The translations under genes were made by a program, and so were the position numbers. Under the pieces are notes generated by a model. That model was not told where the DNA came from. It saw nothing but the letters and a program-made list of their open reading frames with translations, and ran no database searches. Of a DNA stretch of 64,000 nucleotides, positions 53,233 to 64,000 are shown one piece after another. Positions within the stretch are counted from its first letter, which is position 1. Each line of letters begins with the position of its first letter. Where the stretch lies: positions 12,090,001 to 12,154,000 of the forward strand of contig OZ059897.1 in assembly GCA_964057225.1 (NCBI GenBank), read 5' to 3'. This DNA comes from Auanema rhodensis. Lineage: Eukaryota > Animalia > Nematoda.

Positions 53233-53713
53233 TTATTTCCTTCGGCAAATACCTTGACTAGAATCAACACAATACCTAAGAGAAATAAAATATAAAATGA
53301 AGACAAAGGTTAAAGCTAATCATATAAGACTATGACACATTATGTTGGTTCAGTGTAAAGGTAGTGGCGCCATACTAGACATCAATCTCTCAAGCGAGAA
53401 CATAGTACAAAAACGGAATAGCAAAAGATATAAATGCAAACGATTCGAGAATGATAAACGGTAAAGTTAAAAAGGAAAACGAAAAACGAAAAAGAGCTTT
53501 AGGACGAGAACTGCCCAAGGAGCTCCAATCAAACGACAAGCAAGTGCAAATAATGTGTCTAGTCAAAACAAACAAATACAGAAGAGTTTATACATATATA
53601 TTTATAGGCGACCCAGATGCAGAACTGGCCTTCGAGCATTAGAACAGAAATAACAACGAAATTTTATTAAAATTATTACCGTATATAACAACAAGAAATA
53701 ACAAATCAACAAA

Positions 53714-55062
53714 TCAACAAATTATTTTCTTCTCTTTTTTTTGGACTTTTTAACAAAAACTTCATCTTCTACCGAAGCAGAAACATTAAGATCAGATTCA
53801 AAAGCTGAATCTACAGAAGTTATCTAAAAAAGAATAGAATAAAATACCTAAAAATAAATATAAAAATACCTTTCGTTTTTTATTTCCTTTTACTTCTGTA
53901 CGTACAACTGAGACACCTAAATCCACGGTGCTATTCTCAGTTGCCAATATCTCATTTCTGCAATGAATATTATAAATTTAATGAGAATCATAAAATTTTT
54001 TACCTTATTTTGTTCATATTTTGTTCAATATTTGCTCTCTCTAAATCTTCATCATCCAAATTTAGCATTGATAAAACCTTATTTGTATCAGGTAAAGAAT
54101 TAATAGATCCATTGTCGATAAGGTAGGGTATAACATCAAAATCACAAGTTTTTGGAAAACTGAAGAAAACATATTATATGCAAAATTTTCGAAAACTAAC
54201 CGCGGATCGTGCGGGATCAAAAACTCAGCGAATAAGTTATAATTATCACAGATTGCCTTAGCTTGGTCGGGAATCAAATAGTTCACATCAGCGCACACAG
54301 CTACTAGGAAGATACTTAGTTTTTCCTAAAAAGAAATACAAAATATTAAAATAGGTAATAAATTTACCCAATGGTTTAGTTCAAGTTGACCAAATATTTG
54401 GTTTGTCACATTTAATACTGATTTTCTAATCTATAAAAAATAATATATTAATATCTTGTGAAATGAAAGTTCTTCTTACCTTAGCAAGGAGAATAAGTTG
54501 GGATATATAAGAAGCTCCAATGTGTAGAAGCATATCAGGAGTTAACATATAATAAAAGGTGTTGAACTTCTCCAATTTCTGAAAAATGTTATACATAGTA
54601 GAATTGATTAACTGGTCATTTACCTTATAAACTGAATGCAGAACATCGAGCAGCTCATTATGTTGGTATTTTTTAAGTGAAGAATTTAATGCTCGAAAAC
54701 TTCTCCAAAATCCCTATAATATAATTATTCAACAGCAGTACATTAACTCGCTGTACCTGATGACGTTGTTGAGCATTTCTTTTAAAAATAATTAACCTCA
54801 CTAAATTTTCTAACTTATCAGGATATCGTTTTTCTAGTTGATCTATCTGAATGAGTAGTCTAGTTATTTATATATTATTGGCTTACCATGCATTTAATTG
54901 CAAACATCAACTTTCTCACAGGTATGGAATCCTTTTCTGGTTTACTTAAAAAATCTTGTGGCAATTTGCCATACAATCGGTGTTTATTAATTAATTCTGA
55001 AATACAAAAATGTAAATAAATTTTAAAAAAATAAACTAACCTTCAAGTAGTGGTTTATCCAT
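53714..55062 (-). CDS. Probable NEPRO/RMP64-like (DUF4477) nucleolar protein; multi-exon
   Basis: Exons join in frame: MDKPLLE|ELINKHRLYGK..|..IIFKRNAQQRHQ|GFWRSFRALNSSLKKY..|..QLELNHW|EKLSIFLVAVCAD.. with DLGVSV and a basic tail (KKSKKKRR). The gene model is well supported; the family call is a motif resemblance only. Confidence 0.6.
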
Positions 55063-56195
55063 TATTATATAAATACCTGGTTATTTGATATTGAAGAAAA
55101 TATGTTCTATTAAAAAAGTATCTATATGAGATCAAGCTTTGGAACCTTTCCTTGTGGGCTTCGTACGTGATAAACTACGTTCCGCAATCTAAGCGTCGTT
55201 ACCTATACAGTGTGTATTAACAGCTTGATTGATAGCATTTGTGTTAATGATATGATATGTTTTTCTTACCACTAAAGCTTTAAATAATCTATTCAAGTAT
55301 CTTATATCGAATTAAGTAATAGAAATAAAAAATGTTTTATTTATATATAAAGCATATAACATTTTACATAAATTAAAATTGCTCATGTTAAACTGACTTC
55401 AAATAATAATATAATATTCAAAATATATAATCTTTATAATAATTTTGTTTTTTTATGAAAAGTTGAAATATAAATTATTGAATAACATGTAATAACTGCT
55501 CATACATTAATGTGCACTGTACTTTGAATATTTACAAGTCAGATTCTAAAAGATTCTTAGTTAAATCAACTTGTAAGACGTATATAGTTGACCTGGTAGA
55601 CATAATTAAATTTAGGCATACAAGTGTTATAATTTGACTTAACATTGATATAAATTCATGAATTCAAAAATAGTTTTATGGAAATTACTTCTTGAGATAT
55701 TCAGCATGGCACCTAGTAACGTCAAATGACATTTAACCTTTCTTCCAATTATACTATACATTTTCCACAGTATTCTAAATGAAATGTAATACTAGGACTT
55801 CTTATCTTAGTACCACAATATAACCTGAAACAACCAATAAATAGATTGAAGCTTACAAGAGACTTGATATTCATATTCTCAGTATATATAGTATATAACA
55901 TATAATTGTACTCAACATTAAATAGAAGAGTATTCAGCTGAAAATGAAATATTTTATGTTACAAGTTACAAATAACAAAACCAATTTCAATATTCATATT
56001 ATAATAATTTGTGCTTATGATGTATGAGCAGCTTGTAGAAACTGTAGGAAACGATTTTAGATAACACGTGTAATGTCTGGAAATAAATTATAATTGAATG
56101 GAAAAAGATAATTGTCAAATATGATGAATTTATAAGAAACGTTTCAACAATCGTTAAATATATTTTGTGATGCACAACGAATCACAAATAGAAGT

Positions 56196-56799
56196 TTAAA
56201 GCTCTCCACAATCAGATATAACACAATGCATTGTCGGCTCGCCTCCAGAACTTCCACAAGATTCAACTTGTTGAACTACTTCATAACCTCCAATGACTTT
56301 TCCAAAAACTACATGCCGTCCATTCAGCCAAGGAGTGGTGGCAGTGGTTATAAAAAATTGAGATGCATTCGTGTTTGGTCCACAATTTGCCTGAAATCAA
56401 GTAATTATTCCCAAATTAATATGCCAAATATTACCATTGCAAGTACTCCAGGTCCAGTATGTAAGCTTACAAAATTTTCATCGGGAAAAGTTTTTCCGTA
56501 TATGGATTCTCCTCCTGTTCCGTCTCTATGAGTAAAGTCGCCACCTTGAATTATAAATCCAGGAATGATTCTGTGGAAGGTGCTTCCTTTCAGATGACGG
56601 GGCTTTCCATATCTGCCTTTTCCTGTTTCACCTGTACAAAGTGCACGGAAGTTTTCACTTGTTTTAGGGGTTATCTCATTGAATAACTAAAAAACAAAGA
56701 ATAAAAAGCTGTTCATGATTGAATTGCCTCAAGGGATATCCGGCCGGCAGGTTGATTATTAATAGTAACGTCCAAGAACACCTTCGAGCGTGGAGCCAT
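56196..56799 (-). CDS. Single-domain cyclophilin (PPIase), divergent-loop type like C. elegans CYN-1/2/3/7
   Basis: [24 protein letters not shown]|[64 protein letters not shown]|[35 protein letters not shown]. The catalytic Arg, CsA-binding Trp, loop insert and paired Cys are all present. Confidence 0.95.
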
Positions 56800-57866
56800 C
56801 TATTCAGCTGAAATAAGTTAAAAAAAGAATGGTGTTGACAATATATATTATCTATACAATTCTTCTTGTTATTTATATATATGTAAGAAGTGAACTAATG
56901 AAAGATTGTTTTGTTCAAAGAAAATAAGTTGTTTTGGCAGCTTTCGTACGCAACTTTTTTAAGGTAGATCAAACTACAGTTATAAAGAAAACAGACTTTT
57001 AAACTCCAACCTATTTATCCGTTTACAGCCATCTTCCACCTGAAAAACTTTGAATTTAAAAAAATTTTAGTTTCATATTTATGTAATTATAATTAGTTTT
57101 TAATCTTAAAATTATACCAAAACGTATGAATATCATGAAGAATGCTCGTTTTAACCTCTGATATTAGATCTTTGCTGATTATGCAAATTCACCATCATTT
57201 CAAATATTACATTAAAGTTAAGCAGGTGCATGCAGATATTTTATATGAAAATGCTCTCTTTGCTTTGATTTGTCAAGTATTATCATCATCAATACAGTTT
57301 TTGACAAAGTTATTAACTATTCCAAAAGCCAGTTTAGATCTATATTGAATATGTATTTTGTACTTCTGTTGTTATTTCAAAATAATCCCAGTTATTACCA
57401 TTCTAACAACAAATGACAAAGTTTATATTTTTTTATAATAATCGTAAACAATTTTATCTGAAATAAGAGAAAACATTCTCTATTCTTTTTGGAAGTTCTA
57501 TGTATTGTTTCTTAGATCATAAGATCATATTTGAAGAATTCAAACATTTTATTACGAGTACTTAATATATAATGAATATGAAAAAAAAATGAGAACAACA
57601 AAGAAAACAAAATTGATACTAATCACCCGTTTTAATTCATATCTGAGGAATAAACGTTTCTAATTCGGTCAAAGGTATTTTCTCATTAATATCATACAAC
57701 ATGGAAAAATTTGAAAAAAAAAATGATATGAAGTATTAAGTAAAGTTTGAAGCAAACTTTTTTGTATCAGACGCCTAAAAAGGATGCTAAAAAACAATCC
57801 CTTTAATGTTGGTGAACGATCTGTTAATTATTACATGAATTAACATCAGATGAAACAGTTCGATAT

Positions 57867-59874
57867 CTAAGTGTACTTGTATTAGATAATAAACTATTTG
57901 ATAATTTTGATGAATCATTTTCCTGAGATGTTATACAATCTAACAAAACATCCATAATTTTTACATAAGAACGAGCGCGATCTCCAAGACCTCCCTGAAA
58001 ATTATTATTTGAAAAATGTGTATTTCAATAATCTAAGATAATGTTCAAAATTTAGAACTAAGTATAAATAGTAATGCTGAAATAAAAACAAACCTTTAAG
58101 CCATTACTTAAGTAACCAATAACCAACTCGTTCTTCATATCCCATCGAATATTCTGGCCTCCTAAACCAGCATGCCCAGAAAAGCTGAATTTTGTCTGAA
58201 TACAAGGATGAAACTATAAGAACTCTAAATTTTATAATTACTCCTCTGCTTGAATAGTCAACAATTGTAGTTCCTCTTCCACGTTTAGCTTTTGCTCCAC
58301 TGACAATATCTTTATCGTGGAAGATTGTTTCACTGATTAATTGTAGTGTTTCCTAGACATAAACTTCTATCAATAATCAGAAGAGGAAATTCTTGCCTGC
58401 TTGATTATTTGACCTTCAATCAAAAGTTGACCAAATTGGGCAAGGTCTCTAGCTGTTCCTATTCCTAGAGCAGCAAGTTGTTCAAGTTGATACATTTCTG
58501 GATTGTTCACAGTTACTGCCTGTAAAATTATTTTTTTAAATATAAAAGCAGTAAATAGAAAAAACATACAAAGATGGTTTGCATCCAGGGAGGATTAGTT
58601 GCTACTTTCAATGATAACCCATTAGTTAAAAATTGTTTAAATAAGAATGGATAATCAACATTTCCAGGATCCGTTATAAACTCATCAACTCTATTCCAGA
58701 GTGAAGGACGTGTAATTCTGGCAACTCTCCAAGCTAACTCCATAGGAAGGCCAATATGAATATCCAAATCTGTAAAGCAAATGAGTGATTTTTGTTGTTA
58801 AAGTATGACTTACTATGTTTCTCAGCAACTTCTTCTTTCCAAAACTGTCCTGCACCCCTGCCTTTAGGGTCAGCACGTCGAATGATATGATCAACAAACC
58901 ATCCATATGATACAGCATGATACCCAATTCTGCTTCCAGGCTCCCATCTTGGAGTCTAAGCAAAATGGTATAACTTCTTACAACTAGAAATAATTACTTG
59001 GTCTTCAAGAATTCTTGCCATTTTCTCAGCATCTTTTGCATCATCCCAAGTTATCTCTTTATCAATCATGGCAAGTCCAGCCTTAAAACATTCTTTTTAA
59101 AAAAGATTACATTGCTTTACAAACTGTATGGGTCATAATCATTTCTACTGTTATTTTATCTTTTCCATGTTTACCAAATTCAGGCCAAAATGAGGAGATA
59201 GTGTCAGTATATTTCAAATGTCCTTTGTCAACTAATAAAGCAATACATACAGCACCAAGAGCCTAAATTATAATCAATATGTTTAATAAAATATAAAATA
59301 CCTTAGTTGAGCTGAAAATAATTTGCATAGTTTCTCTATTCCATTCACGTTGACTATCACGATCAGATAAACCACCCCATATATCGATGATACATTCACC
59401 CTAAAATAAGTTTAATTACCACAAAGCAATTATAATTTGAATTACCTTATGATAAACACATAAAGCAGCACCGTCTCGTTCCCATCCTCTCATTAAATTG
59501 TCACTAAATAAGAAAAGAATAAATAAAGAAAGACTAATAATTATAATAACTTACCTGAATATTTCCTGTACTTTTTCAAATGTTGGATGTACATAACCTT
59601 TAACACGAGCAGGCTTACGCTGAAAAAAAAACAATTTCCCAACAGTATATACAGCTTACAACTATTAAGTTCAGGACAAAATAAAGTTGAAACATGATTT
59701 AAATTATGAAAAGATCAATATTAAATTCATAAACAAGACTAATGTATGTGAAAATTGATTAATATAAATAAAAAAATTTACCTGGCGCTCTTTCCATTTG
59801 AAAATAATAACAGCTAAGGTTAGGAGACAAATACTCAGAAATGCTAATACCTTAGCTAGTAGCAGAAGAAACAT
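57867..59874 (-). CDS. Beta-lactamase/serine hydrolase family protein (nematode lact-type) with an N-terminal membrane anchor
   Basis: TM segment [25 protein letters not shown]; GAALCVYHK|[10 protein letters not shown]; IFSSTK (SxxK); [13 protein letters not shown]; MTHT|AGL; [18 protein letters not shown]; GIGTARDLA; GHAGLGG; YLSNGLK. Confidence 0.93.
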
Positions 59875-62800
59875 GATTAAACAACTGTATTCGAGATCTA
59901 ATGACTGCTGAAAAATAATTTAGAGATGTAACTCAAACAGAATGAAGACAAACTACGAGAATGCAAAAAAATAGTAATATGAGTATAGAGTATAAGTGAA
60001 CAATTAAATACATCCTGTATTTTCCCACAAATTGGCAAATTTTTGCTGTGACTGACTGCGGAAAAATAGAATTATTGAGCATTTTTTTATTCAATATCAA
60101 ACAAAATCATTTTACTGGTCTCATATTCAGTAGAATGCTGACAAACGGAGAGCTTATGGAAGATGAATAGGTGCAAAATTATTGTTATAATATTCGGCTT
60201 TTTTTAGATTGGAAAGAAATGAGGAGCAAGAATAGCGAGTAAACTGAAGCAATGGGTAAACTCAAATAATAGGTATTGACAAGCTCAGATAGAAATGATG
60301 TGTGCAAAAGAGAAATAGACTGATAATATTATCGAATACTTCCGGCAACCGATATCAAACTGTTTCAATAAAACAGCAAAATAATTTAAGATCAAACACA
60401 TGATTTTCTAAAAGAAATAGGAACGAACCTACATAAAGCTTGAGAATATGAACATATATCATTCCCTAAAAAGAAAGAAAAAAGAGACATTCTTTGGGGT
60501 GTATGAAATAAAACGACTATGATCATTAATTTTTCGCTGTGCAATTCAAAAAACGATGTTAAAACTGTGAAAGCGAACATAAATAACAATTGTTATTAGC
60601 CTTATTCAAATATTCATGTTCTTGCAGCTTAGGTCGGAGAAATGAACATCTTCTGCTATTGGGAACATATACCACGTGAGTTGTGGTCAGAATCAGGGTT
60701 ATAAGACATCGCGAAGAACTTTCTGCACTTTTTATTGAAGATCAAAATTAAGGAAAACGAATAAGTATATCAGCATTGGTATAGTTTGAAATGAAGATAA
60801 TTGATACTTCACATGATAGAAATGCGGACAGAAAATTCATCTTTCATATGGCAATACGTAAAGATAAAAGAGCAGGAATCTGCAAATTGTTTTTCGTTGA
60901 ATCGACGGTAGAACAGGGAGAAAAACATCACACATATGAAAACGTTGTGTAAAAATGAGGGGAAAACCCTGGAAAATATGTAAGTACATATCAAAAAAAA
61001 AATTTAAAACTTAAATCTTTTTGATTTTATGAAAATTTTATCGAACTTTAGTTAAAGAACCTGCTATGTAAGATCAGTCATGTATATTTACAGATACTTA
61101 TGGTACCATGGAAGTCTTCTATGATGCGTCAAAAATTTTATAATCTATGGAATTGTGTCATGAGTGTGAACATAGAAAATGTGATTCAATGTGTCGCATT
61201 GGTATAGGAAAAATGATCAGAATTTTGAACAAAGCTAAGAGTTTCAGAACAATAAAGCAAAGAAACAATTTGATAAGAGCGTTGATAGTTGAACCTCTTA
61301 GTTGTAAAACTAAAATGTTGTTTGGTTTCTTCTCATGAGAATTGAAAAAACAGGGGAGGGTGAAAAGGTGATAGAGATTCATGACGAATCAGGTGTTCAT
61401 GGAAATCGTTTTAGTGCAATATTCAATATTTCGAACTTTTTTTCGGATTGAAAATTAGTTTAAATTTATCAAATGTTTCAATAAAAACTATAAAACGCAA
61501 GAAAATTAAGAGAGAAAAAGCAAACAGCTTAAATAAATAAAAACTTTTTTTTAAAATAAATAATAAACTAATTTAAATGAAACGTTTTTAGGTAAAAAGT
61601 ATCGAACAGAAATAAACGATACAAATAAAAATAGTTTGTTTAAACGTAAAAGCCATGAAGCAGATGACTAATAACATTATAATGATCGTTTGAAGAATAG
61701 GGGAATGTTTGAGTAAAAAGGAAGAAACGCTATAGAAGAAAAGAAGATATAAATGAATATAAATAAGATATATTGTAAATGAAAGAAGTAGAAGAAGAGA
61801 AAGAAGGACATATACATATGTGTATTTGAAGGAAAATCAAAGTGGAAATATATGGCATTTCTACAATAAAAAGAATATCCGGCATTATTAATATCTTCAA
61901 TATGAAAATATTTTATTTATGGATATAAGTCATCTGATCTTGTTCAGATCATAGGATTGAATGAATAGATAGAAAGCGAGGAAAAATAAAAATAGAAGAG
62001 TCAAATGTTGGCAGAAAAATCAATATTTGTATTGGAATAAGTTCATATAAGGTAAACCTTTTGAGAGATTGCTAAAGGCAAAGAGAGAAATATAATTCAC
62101 TAGATGAGAGATAAGAGAAAAGAAATGTGAGAGAAAGATAGATAAAGCAAGAGGGAAAGACAGAGAAATAGAAATGGTGAGCAAAACGGTGAGAAAAGCT
62201 ACTTATAATGGGAGAAACAATCTTCAGAGATCTACTTATGTCAGCCTATGATGAATTCGAAATAGAATGAAATGCGTGTTACGTCATAATAGTGGTTTTG
62301 AAAAATTTGTTCTCACAATGCTGAAAACAGTCGCTACGGATGTTTGATGGTTGAACAACTTTGTACTATCGCAGCCACATCACCGACAAATCATTGTAAA
62401 AGGTTAGATTTTTGGCTTACAAAACCTATTGCACAAGCGATTTTGTATAAAATTTCTTTTAGTCTGCACTATTGAACTTATTGCGAAAGATGAATCAGTT
62501 GCAAAATTGCTTTGCTAAGTAAAGTAGGGATGATGAAGCCATATGGGATAAACAAAATGAAAACTCAGCATACATTAGCATTTTAATTGCTTACTATAAC
62601 TAAATTTTCAGCATAAGCATCTATATTTATATATTCTTTTATTTTATTTTTAAAAATAATAACAAAATCTAAAACAAGTCATGCTGGTCTTTGTGTAAAT
62701 TTCAGAGTAAGTAATGAATGTAAACAGTAGTCTTGCATTCCTAAAAAAGAGAAAGAAAAGTCGAAAGTACATAAACATTAGGCTTGTTTGGAAAAAATAA

Positions 62801-64000
62801 GAACAATTTATTGAATGCCAAGCTTTTTGACTATGTAGAAATAATTGAAAACTTGAAACAACATTTCAGATATTTTAAATACAAACAGTGTTGCTTGTTT
62901 CAAAGCCTGACTATGCTAACGATATGTATAATATATATACAGATTGATGTATGTATATACATATATACAAAATATATATCTCTCACATAATCTTTTCATT
63001 TTTCATGAAAAATATGCAAAGGCATATCCTGTTGAAGAACAAGGCCGACGACTGTGAGATGACATATACATATATTACAAAATCTGTCAAAGATTTTAAA
63101 ATTATTTTAATTCATAAAACACGAAAGATCATTCAGAATTAGAATACAGTACTTCCAGTTTTCTTTTTAATTTCTAATTTGGACTGTTAACGACTGGGTT
63201 CAGGTGCGATGACAATTGGACAGGGGGCTTTCAAAGAGTTCAGAAAATCTCAAAATTCTATCAATGTTTCAAGTTCTTATAGCATCAATTCGAAACAAAT
63301 GCCGGTTAATGTAATGAAAGCTAAATTTTCAACTAAATATAATGCTTTTTCATTATTTTGAATAATTATTTTTAGAAGGTTCTTCTTGAGCATAGCCTGA
63401 ACGTTGAAATGTCAAGTAGTCATTCTCCATATCTCAATTATGCCATTGAATACCTATGAAGAAAACGCAGTTGACGTGTAACCAAATGCTCCTGTTCAAA
63501 AAAACAGAGAAATTTGAAGAAATATTGCTTGAAGTTTTGAAGAATCTCGTGAAATTCATACCCCAATTCTTGCAGTTTATTAATGACTTCAACATATTTT
63601 TAAACATAATAAATTAATTTTTATTATGCTGGTATTATAAGTTTTTTTTTGTAAACAGGTGTTAAGGTATATCGTATAAGAAAAACATAATTTGATGTTT
63701 ACTGTTATTTTCAAATCTAACCATTTTCATATTAAGATTATTAAAGAATATTTAATATTAGAACTAACCTATGTACTATTCATTATACTTTCTTATTAAA
63801 AAATATTAAATATTTGAAAGAATATTTTAACTTTTTAAAAGTTATAACTATTATATAATATATAAACAAATACAATAATATTGAATATTCATTAAGCTTA
63901 CCTGGAAATATGAATTTCGAAGGAATTTTCTTGAATATAGTAACAAAATATTCAGTAAAGCGTAAATACATGCACATATTATACTATGTGTTAATTAGTT

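Noticed and set aside
59410-59420. GTTTAATTACC resembling the SL1 leader
   Set aside because: Only an 11-nt partial match inside a short intron; the rest of the leader, the donor and the Sm site are missing.
57867-59874. Horizontal transfer or bacterial contamination suggested by the beta-lactamase fold
   Set aside because: The gene has many spliceosomal introns and host-like AT content, and it fits the established nematode lact family.
31343-60370. Scattered CTGTTTCA (21U-RNA/piRNA Ruby motif core) hits on both strands
   Set aside because: Only a handful over 64 kb, at least one inside a coding exon; far from the density of a piRNA cluster.
1-64000. CRISPR arrays, rRNA, tRNA, intact transposase or reverse transcriptase
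   Set aside because: None recognised by eye; the sequence is intron-rich eukaryotic DNA. tRNAscan, Infernal and RepeatMasker were not run.

Overview
AT-rich eukaryotic nuclear DNA, most consistent with a rhabditid nematode: many introns of about 41-55 nt, TTTCAG acceptors, and probable SL trans-splice acceptors just before ATGs. I spliced the gene models by hand. From left to right they are: shn-1/Shank (-, 823-9146) with about 11 kb of gene-free upstream sequence; a Cys-rich, probably GPI-anchored protein (+); a small secreted Tyr/Gly/His-rich protein (+); a neuropeptide-precursor-like gene (+); a proline-rich protein with two WH2 motifs (-) and about 9 kb of gene-free upstream sequence; and a co-oriented minus-strand block of ASCC1, sptl-1 (SPTLC1), a NEPRO-like gene, a cyclophilin and a beta-lactamase-family gene. 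A complete trehalase gene is nested antisense inside one sptl-1 intron. The most interesting signals are a WASP-like WH2-C-acidic module inside Shank, a uORF/hairpin that pairs with the Shank start codon, the nested trehalase, three GC-AG introns within 7 kb, and a peptide precursor with three candidate last exons. No CRISPR array, rRNA, tRNA or intact transposon was recognised. Homology calls come from recognising motifs by eye, not from database searches.
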